DNA of 48,174 nt, counting the filler, from Stramenopiles sp. TOSAG23-2 (lineage: Eukaryota): the NCBI GenBank assembly GCA_900128395.1. It is 2 parts of 2 records of this genome, joined end to end, with 100 filler letters (N's around TTAATTAATTAA, not from the genome) between each part and the next. Parts side by side here need not be neighbours in the genome. Positions count along the whole stretch, not along the records: positions 1 to 24,050 come from LT649472.1; 1 more part is not named here. One strand, given 5' to 3'. The notes under the pieces were generated by a model. It had not been told where the DNA came from, did not search any database, and saw only the letters and a list, made by a program, of their open reading frames with translations. Below are positions 8,956 to 20,978 of the stretch, in pieces. Both the position numbers and the translations under genes were made by a program. Position 1 is the stretch's first letter. The number at the start of each line of letters is the position of its first letter.

Positions 8956-11343
8956 TTATTTACGAACTGGTTTACCATCTTTCCACATTCCATCATGAGC
9001 GATAGAACCATCTGATTTACTCCATTTACCATATCCATTGATCTTATCATCTTTAAATTCACCAACATATACATCACCTTTACGCGATCCACTATTAAAT
9101 GTATATGTACCATTTCCATGTCTATTATCATCTTTCCATTCACCTACATATACATCACCTTTATTCGGTCCACTATTCCATGTAAATGTACCTTTTCCAT
9201 GCATCTTATCATCTTTATATTCACCAACATATACACTACCATCAGCATATGTATTTGTACCATTTCCATGCCTATTATTATCTTTCCATTCACCATCATA
9301 TACACCACCATTAGCATATGTGTATTTACCATTTCCATCTTTCTTACCATTTTTCCATTCACCAACATATACATTACCACTAGCAGATGTATATGTACAT
9401 TTTCCATGTCTCTTACCATCTTTCCATTCACCATCATATACATTACCACTAGCAGATGTAATTTTACCATTTCCATTGATATTATTATCTTTCCATTCAC
9501 CAACATATACATTACCATTAGCATATGTCATTTTACCATTTCCATCTCTCTTATTATCTTTAAAGTCACCAACATATACATGACCATTAGCATATGTTTC
9601 TTTACCTTTTCCGTGCGGTTTGCCATCTTTCCAATCACCATCATATACATTACCATCAGCCCATGTATATGTACCTTTTCCATGTCTCTTACCATCTTTC
9701 CAATTACCATCATATACATTACCATCAGCATATGTTTCTTTACCTTTTCCGTGCGGTTTGCCATCTTTCCAATCACCATCATATACATTACCATCAGCCC
9801 ATGTATATGTACCTTTTCCATGTCTCTTACCATCTTTCCAATTACCATCATATACATTACCATCAGCATATGTTTCTTTACCTTTTCCGTGCGGTTTGCC
9901 ATCTTTCCAATCACCATCATATTCACGACCATCAACAAATGTCATCTTTCCTTTTCCATGTGGTTTTCCATTTTTTTTTTCGCCCTCGTACACTTTACCA
10001 CTTAAAAGTTCATCAAAGTTTAAACTATCAACATCAAACTCATTCAAAATTTCAACATCAATTTCATTACCATTTTCGTTGGTCACAATTTCATTATTAG
10101 TGTCATTATTATCATTATCAACACTCATTATGCGCACATTTAAATCATTTGGTGAAATACTCGCTGTTGCTGCTACTGCTGTTGATGAAGAAGAATGTTG
10201 ATTTTGTAATTTATCAACAATACTATGTTGAAAGATAATATCAAATTTTTTATTTGTACCTTTATCAACATAAAAAAAACCACCATTATCTTTTAATGTT
10301 GAAAGTTGCTGCTTCTCCTTTCCATAAGTTTTAATCCACATATCTGCTTCTGTTGCTTTTACCGCTTCTAGAAATTTTCTCCCTGGTTGATCCATATTAT
10401 TAACAAACGCTTGCAACCATGGTGAAAATTTGTCATTCGGATTAGCTGCATATGCGGATTTTTTATATGTACATGGATATTCAATTGCATAACCTGGCTT
10501 TTCATTTGATTGACAAATACTGTTATGATCATAAAATGCATAGCACATTGGAATTGTTAACTGTAAGTCCTTATCGTTAAAAGGTGTACGGCATGCACCA
10601 TGAAAATAAAATCGTTTTGCATTATCATTGGCAAAATACTCAACCACATCAATAATACCTGGTTTCTTTTTACTACCTTGAAATAACATCATTCCTCCTA
10701 CCCCATCCTCAATAGCTGAACATTTATGTCCTGCACCGTTTATATGCACCGTATGCTCAGCACCATGTGTGCTAATAGCAACAAATATAAAATCTGCTTC
10801 AGGAAATATTTCTTGATTACTAACAAATTGCCATAATTGTTTGTGGACTTCTTCTTTACTTTCATTCCTCAATAGAAGAATCCTTCCATCTTCTTGTAAT
10901 AAGGGCATCCACTCTTGCAATTTCATTGACAAATTTTCCATATCCCTAGCTCCGTAAATGCTTTTTCGACCATGTGATTCGCAATCATTCCCAATTAATA
11001 TTGCAACCGGTTGTTGTGGAATTTTTACTGAACCACGTAAACCACGAAGAATTTCATTTTCACATGTAACTTTCGTTTTTTTTAACTTTGTTGTCTTCAA
11101 TACTTTATTTGCTTTTCGTTTACCATTTTGTGCGGTTATCAATTGCTGTGATTTCGTTGAAGTTTCTTCGTTTTTAGCAGCTAATTGCTTGCGTAACTGT
11201 TCAATAATAATATCTTTTTTCACAATTTCTTCATCTTTATTTGCATTTTCTTCACTTAGTTGATTTCGTTCATTTCGTATCGCAGTTAAACGATAGTTTG
11301 GATCTCGTATATTTTTACCACCAAATCTTCTGTTGTTCCACAT
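8956..11343 (-). CDS. Coiled-coil + caspase-like (peptidase C14, clan CD) domain + ~15 MORN repeats
   Basis: aa ~112-360: VAILIGN, D..NL...L, FIFVAISTHG (H193), RFYFHGACRTPF (C251), SPWLQAF..MDQPG, TYGKEKQQ. aa ~450-795: 15 YxGxWKxG-type 23-aa MORN units. The MORN call is near certain; the caspase-fold call rests on motif order and spacing. Confidence 0.85.
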   Translation of the reverse strand: MWNNRRFGGKNIRDPNYRLTAIRNERNQLSEENANKDEEIVKKDIIIEQLRKQLAAKNEETSTKSQQLITAQNGKRKANKVLKTTKLKKTKVTCENEILRGLRGSVKIPQQPVAILIGNDCESHGRKSIYGARDMENLSMKLQEWMPLLQEDGRILLLRNESKEEVHKQLWQFVSNQEIFPEADFIFVAISTHGAEHTVHINGAGHKCSAIEDGVGGMMLFQGSKKKPGIIDVVEYFANDNAKRFYFHGACRTPFNDKDLQLTIPMCYAFYDHNSICQSNEKPGYAIEYPCTYKKSAYAANPNDKFSPWLQAFVNNMDQPGRKFLEAVKATEADMWIKTYGKEKQQLSTLKDNGGFFYVDKGTNKKFDIIFQHSIVDKLQNQHSSSSTAVAATASISPNDLNVRIMSVDNDNNDTNNEIVTNENGNEIDVEILNEFDVDSLNFDELLSGKVYEGEKKNGKPHGKGKMTFVDGREYDGDWKDGKPHGKGKETYADGNVYDGNWKDGKRHGKGTYTWADGNVYDGDWKDGKPHGKGKETYADGNVYDGNWKDGKRHGKGTYTWADGNVYDGDWKDGKPHGKGKETYANGHVYVGDFKDNKRDGNGKMTYANGNVYVGEWKDNNINGNGKITSASGNVYDGEWKDGKRHGKCTYTSASGNVYVGEWKNGKKDGNGKYTYANGGVYDGEWKDNNRHGNGTNTYADGSVYVGEYKDDKMHGKGTFTWNSGPNKGDVYVGEWKDDNRHGNGTYTFNSGSRKGDVYVGEFKDDKINGYGKWSKSDGSIAHDGMWKDGKPVRK
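9589..9922. repeat. Exact 138-nt tandem repeat (~2.4 copies; two MORN units per copy)
   Basis: catatgtttctttaccttttccgtgcggtttgcc recurs at 9591, 9729 and 9867. Confidence 0.9.
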
Positions 11344-12642
11344 GTTACAAAATGTATGTATTTTGAATTGGTTTTCTTAGTAATAATAATATAATAATTT
11401 TAATGAATGCAAAGAAATTTACAAAAAAAAATTCAAAACTATAACTATAAGATAAAATTCAATAATAGAAGTTGTGTAATAATCACAAATGTTGGTTATT
11501 CGATTCTATTTACCCAGCAAGCATATATATATATATAGCTCAAATAATAATGAAAAAAGATTGTTCTAGGTATGTATATGTATATAATACAATAGATATA
11601 TTTAGTTCTTTTACTACATTTTCTTAGTCTTTTTGTATTATTATTATAACCACCACCAGGATTATCAGTGGCTCTACATGTATAGTATGTAGTATAGAAT
11701 CTGTCTAGTTTCGTATTTTATCTGTTTATCTGTTAGCTTGGTGCCTTGCACAAAATATTATATACTTTTTATATATAGGTATATTCTTTGGTTTACACTA
11801 CTTGGAATCTCGCAATGCTAATAACTATTACATCACTATTACCACATTACATTGTTCCTTTCCTTTTAATGAATTTAGTATGTTACCTGGTAGTAGTTAA
11901 TGAAGCACAGAAAATAAACACTGTGTAAAAACACTGTGTATAATATTACTAAAATTAAAATACCAAAAATCTTCTTCTGGAGAGTTTCTTTTTGTAAAGT
12001 GTGGTGTGTGTATGATAGACATTCTTTGTAATTTATACTTGTTAGTTTATAACCTAGAAAACTACCTCGTGTCGGCGGTCATTCATCAATAAAACAACCC
12101 AAAAAACATAATAAAAGTGCAAAACAACCCAAAAAACATAGATGGATAGATAGACAAGATATTGAAAGATGGACAACCAAAACATTATATATATATAATC
12201 ATTGATACTGTATAATCTTTTGTATTATTGGTTTAATTATTTTCCCCCTTTCGCCTTGCCTTAGCTTGCATAAATTTTTTTTTGTAAACGTCGATATTGT
12301 GTATATATCTTGTATAATAATATATATAATTAATAATTGGCAATTGACTAAAAGTTTAAACCTGTGAATTCCATATAAGATACCAATATATATTTCGTAA
12401 TAATACAAATAAAGTGAATTCCATATAAGATACTGATATATATATATACATATATATATCGTAATACAAATAAAGTGAAATATACATATACACATATATC
12501 ATTGACACTTTGTAAATTTGCTTTTAATTTGGCTGAATCATTGGCAAAGAGAGATACTTCTATATTATCTGTATAGCAACATCTACAACAGCTGAATTGA
12601 ATATATATATATATATATATATACAAAACCATATACAAAACC

Positions 12643-15600
12643 ATGAGTGGACCACAGTTTATTGCTCTTGGTAAAAAAAATCGTACAAAAAGGAATGGAG
12701 TATTTGTCAATACCAACACTTTACAAAACGTCGTGAATAATAATAATAATAATAACAACAACAACGATGGAAGCAATAGTAATAACAATAATAATCAGGA
12801 GAAAGGACCATCAAATGATAAAGAAATGATAGATGTAAAAGCAACACAAGCGATTTACAAAAGCGTTTCTTCCATGTCCTATATTCAATGTATATGTGAA
12901 CTCATTGAAAATAGTTTGCAAGCGTGTCGATACACAGACGATCCGACGATTTCCATATCAATTAATGCCGCGACTAAAACCATTGTTGTTATAGATAATG
13001 GGAAAGGTGCATCAGCTAAGGACATTCCTTCAATAGTAAATGTAGGTGGAAGTACCAACCGTGCAGAGAATGCAAGTGGGTTGAATGAAGGTTCCACAGA
13101 TTCTGTTCGTACTATTGAACATTTGATTCCATTTTTTGGAAAGTATGGTGTGGGTGGAAATTGCGTCTTTAAATTTGGTAATAATTTGACTGTTACAAGA
13201 ACATTTAAAGTGGAAGATTCGATTGAAGAGTATTCCGTTATCCATTATTATGATGGAGACGACGACAAAATGGCACAATATCATCTACCAGATCCAAAAC
13301 GTTTAGATGAATCAGACCGTAATAAATCGTATTTTAAAGTACAGGTAAAAAATGTATCGGATGAATTCTTCACACATTGGGCGCAAAATTCCAAAAAGCA
13401 TATGAAATATTTAGCCGAGCGTTACTATTTTTGGCTCAATGGATTTGATGACTTGAATGAAATTTTGGGTGAAGAAAATGAAATGTCCGTCTGTGAGGAA
13501 ATGGATTTTATCGATACAAAAATTGAAATCAAGCAAACAATTAATGGTACTTATGAAACGCGGGATATAAATGATTATGTTGATAAGTCAGAACATGACA
13601 TAAAGGATCTAATTGAAGCCATGGGGTCAAAGGATCCAAATAGCGGTATTGCACCAAAAGATAAAATCTATAAACAACACTTAACATACAAATATCGTAA
13701 TGAAAAAGATGAACCAAAACGTGCTAAAGCTGAACTTGTGCTAGCATATTTTCCTAAAGCGGAGAATGGCGAAACAATGCCAGAACCATTCACATATGAA
13801 AGAACATCTCGAAAAAATCTTGCTGATAGAGAGCCAGGTATAATAATAGTGTGGCAAGATATTATATTTCATGAGGCTGACTTAGCTGGTGATAAAAAAC
13901 CATCTAAACAACACTTATGGTTCATGAACCATGTCAAAGGCCTAAAAACTAGATGGTATATGGATTCTTTCATCAAAAAAAACTTAAAAGTCATGTCGAA
14001 TAATGCAATTTCTGGCCCAGCTTATCGAGTAAAAGGATTTTTATTTTTGACCGATGCATTTCCACCAGATATGCACAAGACCAAATTGTTAAAACATGCA
14101 TCTCCGATGTATGATTTACTGACACGAAGTTATGAGAGCCAAAATAGTTTGCGTGGTATACATAATGGAACTGTTGAGTTCATTCCAACTCAAGAGGAAG
14201 TATTTAAAACATATTCCTCACAAATGGAAAAATGGGCGAAAGATGATAAGGAAGGTAATTTGTCAGAACCATATGAATTTTCCGCTGGAAGAATAACGAA
14301 ATGGAAATCATGGGTACAAAATGGAAAAACTTACAAGCAAGGTGATCTAGTTGTGCTGAAAAATAAGCATAAAAACGATATGAAAACGCTGACTATTGCC
14401 AAAATTATTTCTTTTGAAAAAGATTATACTTCTAATGCAAGGTCAGATCAACCATTTATAAATTATTATATTTATGATAATGAAAGGCAAACACCAATCA
14501 AGGCGAAATTAACAATGTATATTGAGCATTGTTCGGTTGATCTTAAAAAACGATATGAAAAATACATGGAAGATAAAAAAGCAGATTCAATTTGTATCGT
14601 AAAATATAATGGCAATAATGATAATGAACCCGTGGAAGTGCCGCCTGCCGATAATGGGCAAAGAAATGTTACAAAAGTGCAAGAGGAAATTGGAAGCGAC
14701 AATGTAATACAATACATAAGTTGTGTTTTAAAGAATAAGCGTGGAAATAAATTGGATAAAACAGAAGGTAAAAATTACTGTATATTCATACGCAAAAAAA
14801 GTAAAAAAGATGGATGGACACTTTTACAAAAAGTAAAAGTATATGACAGTGCTCATCGCGCCTATGCAAATGCACATTTTTTCCTAAATACTAGTTCCTT
14901 TAAGAACACAGAGAAAGGGCGAGATGCTGTTGGAGTTCACCGATATGAATTAGCATTGTATAATGTTGAAAAATTTAATGCACGGGTGAATAATCTTGGA
15001 AACCCAATATCAAAACATATCTTGCTAATCAGAACAAAACCTGGATTACCATCAAAGTTTTTTTCATGGTTCACGAAAGAACATGTAGATGAAGAGTGCA
15101 AACGAAATCGAGGTTGGTGGAACAAATATGTCCGTGATGAATCATCTGGTGATTGGGTACTTACTGGATTTAAACATAAAAATTCAGATGGAGAATATGT
15201 AGAAAATCAAACCGATTTGAAAGCATTTATAGTTGAAAACAATGTGAGGAACAGCAAGTTGGAAGATTTTAACTTTCATGATATAAAAAAGAAAGAAGTT
15301 TTCATTGCAGGAGGGCAAACTTTATATGTTGGTGAAGAAATAGGTGGAGAAAGCAATTTAGGACACTTAGTAATAACAATTCAAGATGACGAAGGAAATA
15401 AAGTTGATGTGAAAGACCCTAGTAAATATGAAATTGAAATTGATGTAATAAATGCTCCTGGTGGTTTGAAAATAAATGGTATTGGGAAAATCCATTCAGC
15501 ACTTAGCTATCGAAATGCATTGCATGTACCAGGAATCACAATTCCGCCACAAAAGTTATTAAACAATGTCACTTTTCCGTTGGAAGTTAAATTTAGTATT

Positions 15601-18600
15601 AAAATTATGAAAAAAAGTTCTAATGAATCCTTAACACATTTCATAGATGAACGCTTTTTCCCAACTTTTTTTTTATCAACAAAGGAAGTAAGAAATATCA
15701 TTATCAAGGAAAATACTATCAACGATAATGAAACTTTGAAACCGGGAGAAAAAGTCCGATTTGAAGTAGAAGCACTTGATGCTTGGAAAAATACAGTTCC
15801 AAATGATGAATATACATTACATTGTGATGGGTTGGATGATTTGGAAATTGTTCCAAAGCCGACACATCGATTGATGCAAGGTCGACAACAAATCTATGTT
15901 GTTACCGGGAATCTTCAAGAAAAAAAATGGGGTGCTAAAGGCCGTATAGTTGTTACTGTTGCCAACAATGATAATGGAACCAATGCACCAAATCAAACTA
16001 TTGAATATAACATTCCCAATCGTTCTTTACGAGTAACATATAATTTTGATCCTAGCATTCAAATACAACATGAAAATGCTAGGACAAATACTACAACAAT
16101 TGTAACAAAAGTAGATGCACAGTTGTTTAAAAATTGTGTGTTTGAAATAATAAAGGAGGATGGTGTTGTAGATGAAAATTACAACAACGGTAAGATAATT
16201 ATAAAATTCAATGGGGATGATGCTGATGATGATGAAGAAGAATTAGAAGAAGTAAAGATTGTAAAAGGTTTGGGAAAACTTTTAAAAGGTTTTAAAACGC
16301 GAAAGTTGTCACAACTGGTGGAATCACCTGGTCGTGTACAATATACCTTTTTAGTGGATAATATTGATCATGCTGCTCCACCAACACTTAATATTGATGT
16401 ATTATGTGGGGACCCAGCAAGAGTAGAAGTGCTACATTCAAGCATGGAAATGGTCATAGGTGAAGCATTACAATCAGTATATGTAAGTGTGGCCGATAGT
16501 AATAAAATAGCTATTGAAAATGCTAGTTTACGCACTTTAACTGAAAAAGAAGCAATGAATGAGAAATATTATATCAGATTAAAATTTTCTAATAATATGT
16601 CTTTTCAACATATTATTGACGGGTATCCAATGGAAGAATCCAGTTTAGATATATATGATATTTTTAACAATTGGGATGCTGGTAAAAATCGATGGAAGAT
16701 ATCTCCCATGGATGCGTATCAAGTTGCCGGTACAATACCGGAAGAGGATACTTTTCTTATTATACAATTGATGGAACGAAATACCAGTTCTATCAATAAT
16801 GGTAGTAGTAGTAGTAGCAGTAGTAGTAGTAGTAGTAGTAGTAGAAATGTGATGCATGAAACGAAGATAGCAATGACGTTCAAAGCTGGGCCTGTTTCAA
16901 AATTAAGTTTGATGAATGTTAATGACGAAAGTGTTGATCACCATGATGTTTATCCATCATCGCAATTTGAAGACGATTGGGCATATGTAGCTGTCGACAA
17001 ATTCAATAATGAAGTTCAGGGTTACAGGCTGCCAAAAGACTTAGAATTAGTTGTAAGCCCTGATGATCAAAACAACATTCAAATGATAACGTATAAAGCA
17101 AACACGAAAAGTAAAACTTCAGTCAAAATATGTAAAAAAACATTGACTGTAAAAAGTCGCAATGGAGAGGCCTTGTATGATATAAAATTTTCCGCTCCTG
17201 ATGGGCACAATATTACATCTACAAGGCAAGTTCGTTTGTCATTAAAAACAGATGATGTACCGGAATTGCAAAACGTTACAATAGATGACATCCTATTATC
17301 AATAGACCCAAATGAAGACAATCCGACAGGTTTACGTATTTTTGATATAGACAATAATACAGAAAACAACTGCAAAATACAATTAGCACCTGGAAAATTG
17401 TTGAAAAATTGTAATATTGAAAAAGAAGATGGAACAAAAATACCGTTTAAAATTTTCATATCAAATGAGAAAAATTCCGCCGCAAAAAAAAAAGAAAAGG
17501 GATTAAAGGTATTTGTAAATTTAAAGTTGGAAGGTGGTGATGTTGTGGAAATGTTGAGTAAATTTCCGAGCAAAAAAATGCAAGAAAGAATGCAACCAGG
17601 AACATACGAGGTTGATTTTTTTGTTGCAAAAAAAGTTAAAAAAAAACCAGACACAACAGGTTATGCTACTCCTCCTTTTACAAAGAAATTGAAATTGGTT
17701 GTTTTACCTGGAACGTTGAGTACATTTTCAATAACTACGCCTGAAGAACCTGTCGATGTTGATGATGAGTTGGGCAACAAAACGTTCCAGCTATTTATAG
17801 AAGGTGTTGATACTAATAACAATACTCTTAGTATTGCAACTGCGTTGCAAGCTGAAATTTGGTGTGAAAGTAATGACATTGTATTTGGGTTAGATACAAA
17901 TAGTATCATATCGCATGTTAATAGTAACAGGTTAAAGACATCAACAAACGTTGATGCAAATAATAACCAAATACATAGTATAACATTACATGCATTGCCA
18001 GCTAAGAATTTTGCTGATGTAGATGCTGAATTCCAACTTTGTGTAGAAATATCAAATGGTAGAAAGACTAAAACAGAAAAAATTACATTGAATGCTTCAT
18101 CTGCAAAAGGCCGTGAAAAGTTAAAGGAAAAAGATTTAGAAGAACGACGCATAATTGCAGAGGAAAAAAAGATTAAACAGGTACTTTCAGTTTTAAGAAA
18201 AACTGCAACAAATTTGACAAAAAATATTCAGCGTAAAGAAAATCAAAAAAAAAGAATAACAAACGATTTGCAAGAAGTAAATGGCAAAATTCGCGAAAAT
18301 TCGCAAATTGTCGCAAGAGTAAACCGTGGCATAATAGAAAAGACTAATAATATACAAATGATTCAACGGAAATTGCAGGAACTGCAGCAGCAGAATGGTC
18401 AGCAAAGATTTGCTAGATACCATAGAAACGATGTATTCAATCAATGTTACCGGCAAACAATAGAAGAATGTAATAGAAGGTTATTTTCCAACAATAGGGG
18501 AGCATTCCTTGGATTGACAACTGACGTTGGACAAATTATCAATCCAGGTGTTGCTAAAGTATGTGCACTTTATATAGGATCAAACTTTGGTTTTATTACA

Positions 18601-19487
18601 AGGGATAATGAAGCAGCTAATATGTTGAGGGAAAACCAACGAAACATGCCATTTAGACGGTATGATGACTTACAACCTGTAGTGAAAAACTTAGAAGATG
18701 CGGATATCTGGTTGAGTAAAACAAAACACGGCCCAAAAATTAGCAGTAGTCTTCACAACAACCAGAAGTATTTGGTATTTCCTATATTGCTGATTCCAAA
18801 GCCTTCCAATTTGCAACAATCTATCACATTACCACCAAATGTACGGGCAAAGTATGCTGCAAATATGGTTTATATTCCTGAGCATATTTTTACAGCATAT
18901 CCTAATTTTCGTTTGCAAGTATGGTTTTGTCATTACTTTCGAACCTTAATAATATTTGAAACAAAAGCAGGCGCTGAAAAATTTATTCGTTTTCACCTTG
19001 AAAGACGCAATCGTATAAGACGACAGCGTGGTCGGAAAACTCCAGCACAACAAAAAGATTATGATGTGTCAAATACTCTTTTGGGTTTCAATCTTCGATG
19101 TGTTGATGATCTTACTTTTAAACGTAATGGTACCGCAGGTTTTAGATTGGGTGGAAGTAGGAACCCTGAACCAAAGTTTCAATTTGGCTCGCCTGAGTAT
19201 AGGAAGACTGAAGGTTATAGAAATTTTCAACGTGAACTTGAAGACGCTAACGATAAAAAAACAGATTTGGAGGAAAAATTAGCAGAAATGGATGTTGATG
19301 CGTTAAAAGAAGAAAAACGAGGTTTTCTACAAGGTATAAAAGATGTTCAATCAGAAATCGATGGGTTGTATGAAGACATTTCAAATAATAAAAAAAAAGT
19401 AAAAGATTTGGACACCAAACGAATTAATTTAAGAAAAAAAAGTGGCAAAAGGAAAGCAAGCAGTAGCTTAAATGGTGGAAGTAGTAA

Positions 19488-19525
<38 letters not shown>

Positions 19526-19566
19526 ATGGTAGTGGTAGGAAACCTCCAAGGAAAAAAAAGCGTTAA
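12643..19566 (+). CDS. SMCHD1/GMI1-like protein: N-terminal GHKL ATPase, long beta-rich (Ig-like) middle, coiled coil-SMC hinge-coiled coil
   Basis: GHKL boxes ELIENSLQA, VVIDNGKG and GKYGVGG; transducer motif RVKGFLFLTDAFPPDMHKTKL; hinge-like FLGLTTDVGQI...YAANMVYI...LIIFETKAGA...RNGTAGFRLG...FQFGSP flanked by heptad coiled coils; basic C-terminal NLS-like PPRKKKR. Single 2307-aa exon. Confidence 0.85.
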
Positions 19567-20978
19567 AGTTAAAGAGAAAAATTTTAATATTTTATAAAAT
19601 CCTCAATTATTGCTTCGTATATTATAGAAATAATGTGGCACGTTTCACAGAGTAGGATGTATCATCTGTCTTCAATTTCAGTGAGATAAATATATTATTA
19701 ATGTTGGCTTTTTGATTAATTTATTCTATATTGGAGAGTGTATAGGAATTATCACACACAAGAGTATAGAAAATTTAAAAAAATTAAAATATACGCCGTA
19801 CATTTGTACGTACACTAAAATATACTCGTATATTCGTAAACGAATTCGTACCTTGAAGGATGTGTGTGAATGAATATGAAGTGAATGAATATAATATAAA
19901 TTTGTATAAAATATTCTTATTGAAACTAATGCAAAAAAGGAGAAAGAAAAAATCACTATACTATTTATATATTAAGTTAGTCTATATATTTTGTATACTA
20001 ATATTTATACCAATTGGTCAAGCAGGCACACAGCATTAATAATCTATTCAATGGTGGTAATGTATCGAGGATGAATTTCGTTTTGCTGACCAACGACGTT
20101 CTTTTTAAGGTATTTGAATCATCGTTTCCCTACTTTTCAGTGTTAATATTGTACTTTAAATGACTTTTATATAGAGATATAGATGAGTAATATTCTTCAA
20201 AATGTTTCGTGGAATTTCACATAGTCCTGTGTGTTATTTTTAATATGGAAAATTCATGAAATCATCGAATACTCATTAGTCCGGTGACACCTAATGTTCC
20301 ATATTATTGACATAGTTGAAATTAAATTATAAAAATAACCGTAAATTACAGAAACAATAAAATAACATTTAAGATATACACAGTGACTATTAATGTCGCT
20401 TATCTACCATATTAATGTCATCGTGATTTCCATCTTTCGAATATTCAGATTCCAAAACTTTTTATACCAATTTATCTATTTCCTTCAGCTTAATATATGG
20501 ACACAGCATTGCGAAACGATATGTCACATTTTCTTTTCCCGACCCCAATACACTTAAAAAAAGACATTATAAATAATAACAGCAGCTACCGCTATGTTAA
20601 TGTAATTTCCTTCATTTCTTAAAAACACAAATTGTTGCCGATTGGTAGGTGTGTTTTTTAGTAGTCTAATGATTAATATATACACAGCATGGAATTGAGT
20701 AGAATAATTTATACTTGGGAAAATCATCTCGTGCTAAAAGCATCATTTTTTATATTTATTAATGCACATGAGAAGAGAGATAGATGAATAATCCGAAGTA
20801 TACAAAGCTAACATCAATTACTGTATGTGTGTGTGGGGTGTGTGATTACACTTTTTTTTAAAAAATACGTAGAAACATTTTGTAGTGCATCCTGCGTGTG
20901 TGTGTGTGTGTGATAAAAAAGGAAAGTGAAAGAAGTTTTTTTTTTTTTTTTCGTATATAATAATAATTCAACAGCACC

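Noticed and set aside
9038-10201. Several long overlapping ORFs on both strands (e.g. 9118-10005, 9620-10201, 9528-9938)
   Set aside because: They are shadow frames produced by the periodic MORN coding sequence; the translations are low-complexity.
12199-12788. Minus-strand ORFs and other Ile/Tyr/Leu-rich ORFs in AT microsatellites throughout the window
   Set aside because: They are translations of (AT)n, (AAT)n or (AGT)n tracts, or antisense to real genes.
12643-19566. Canonical SMC, MORC, Hsp90, MutL or sacsin assignment
   Set aside because: There are no Walker A/B ABC heads. An N-terminal GHKL plus a C-terminal hinge between short coiled coils fits SMCHD1/GMI1 better.
19990-20700. Possible decayed coding sequence on the minus strand
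   Set aside because: Only short interrupted frames with no recognisable motif; it cannot be supported without a translated search.
8466-20900. The caspase/SMCHD1 block as a transposon or endogenous virus
   Set aside because: No TIRs, TSDs, integrase/transposase or capsid genes were seen. The SMCHD1-like gene has host-typical poly-Asn/Ser tracts.
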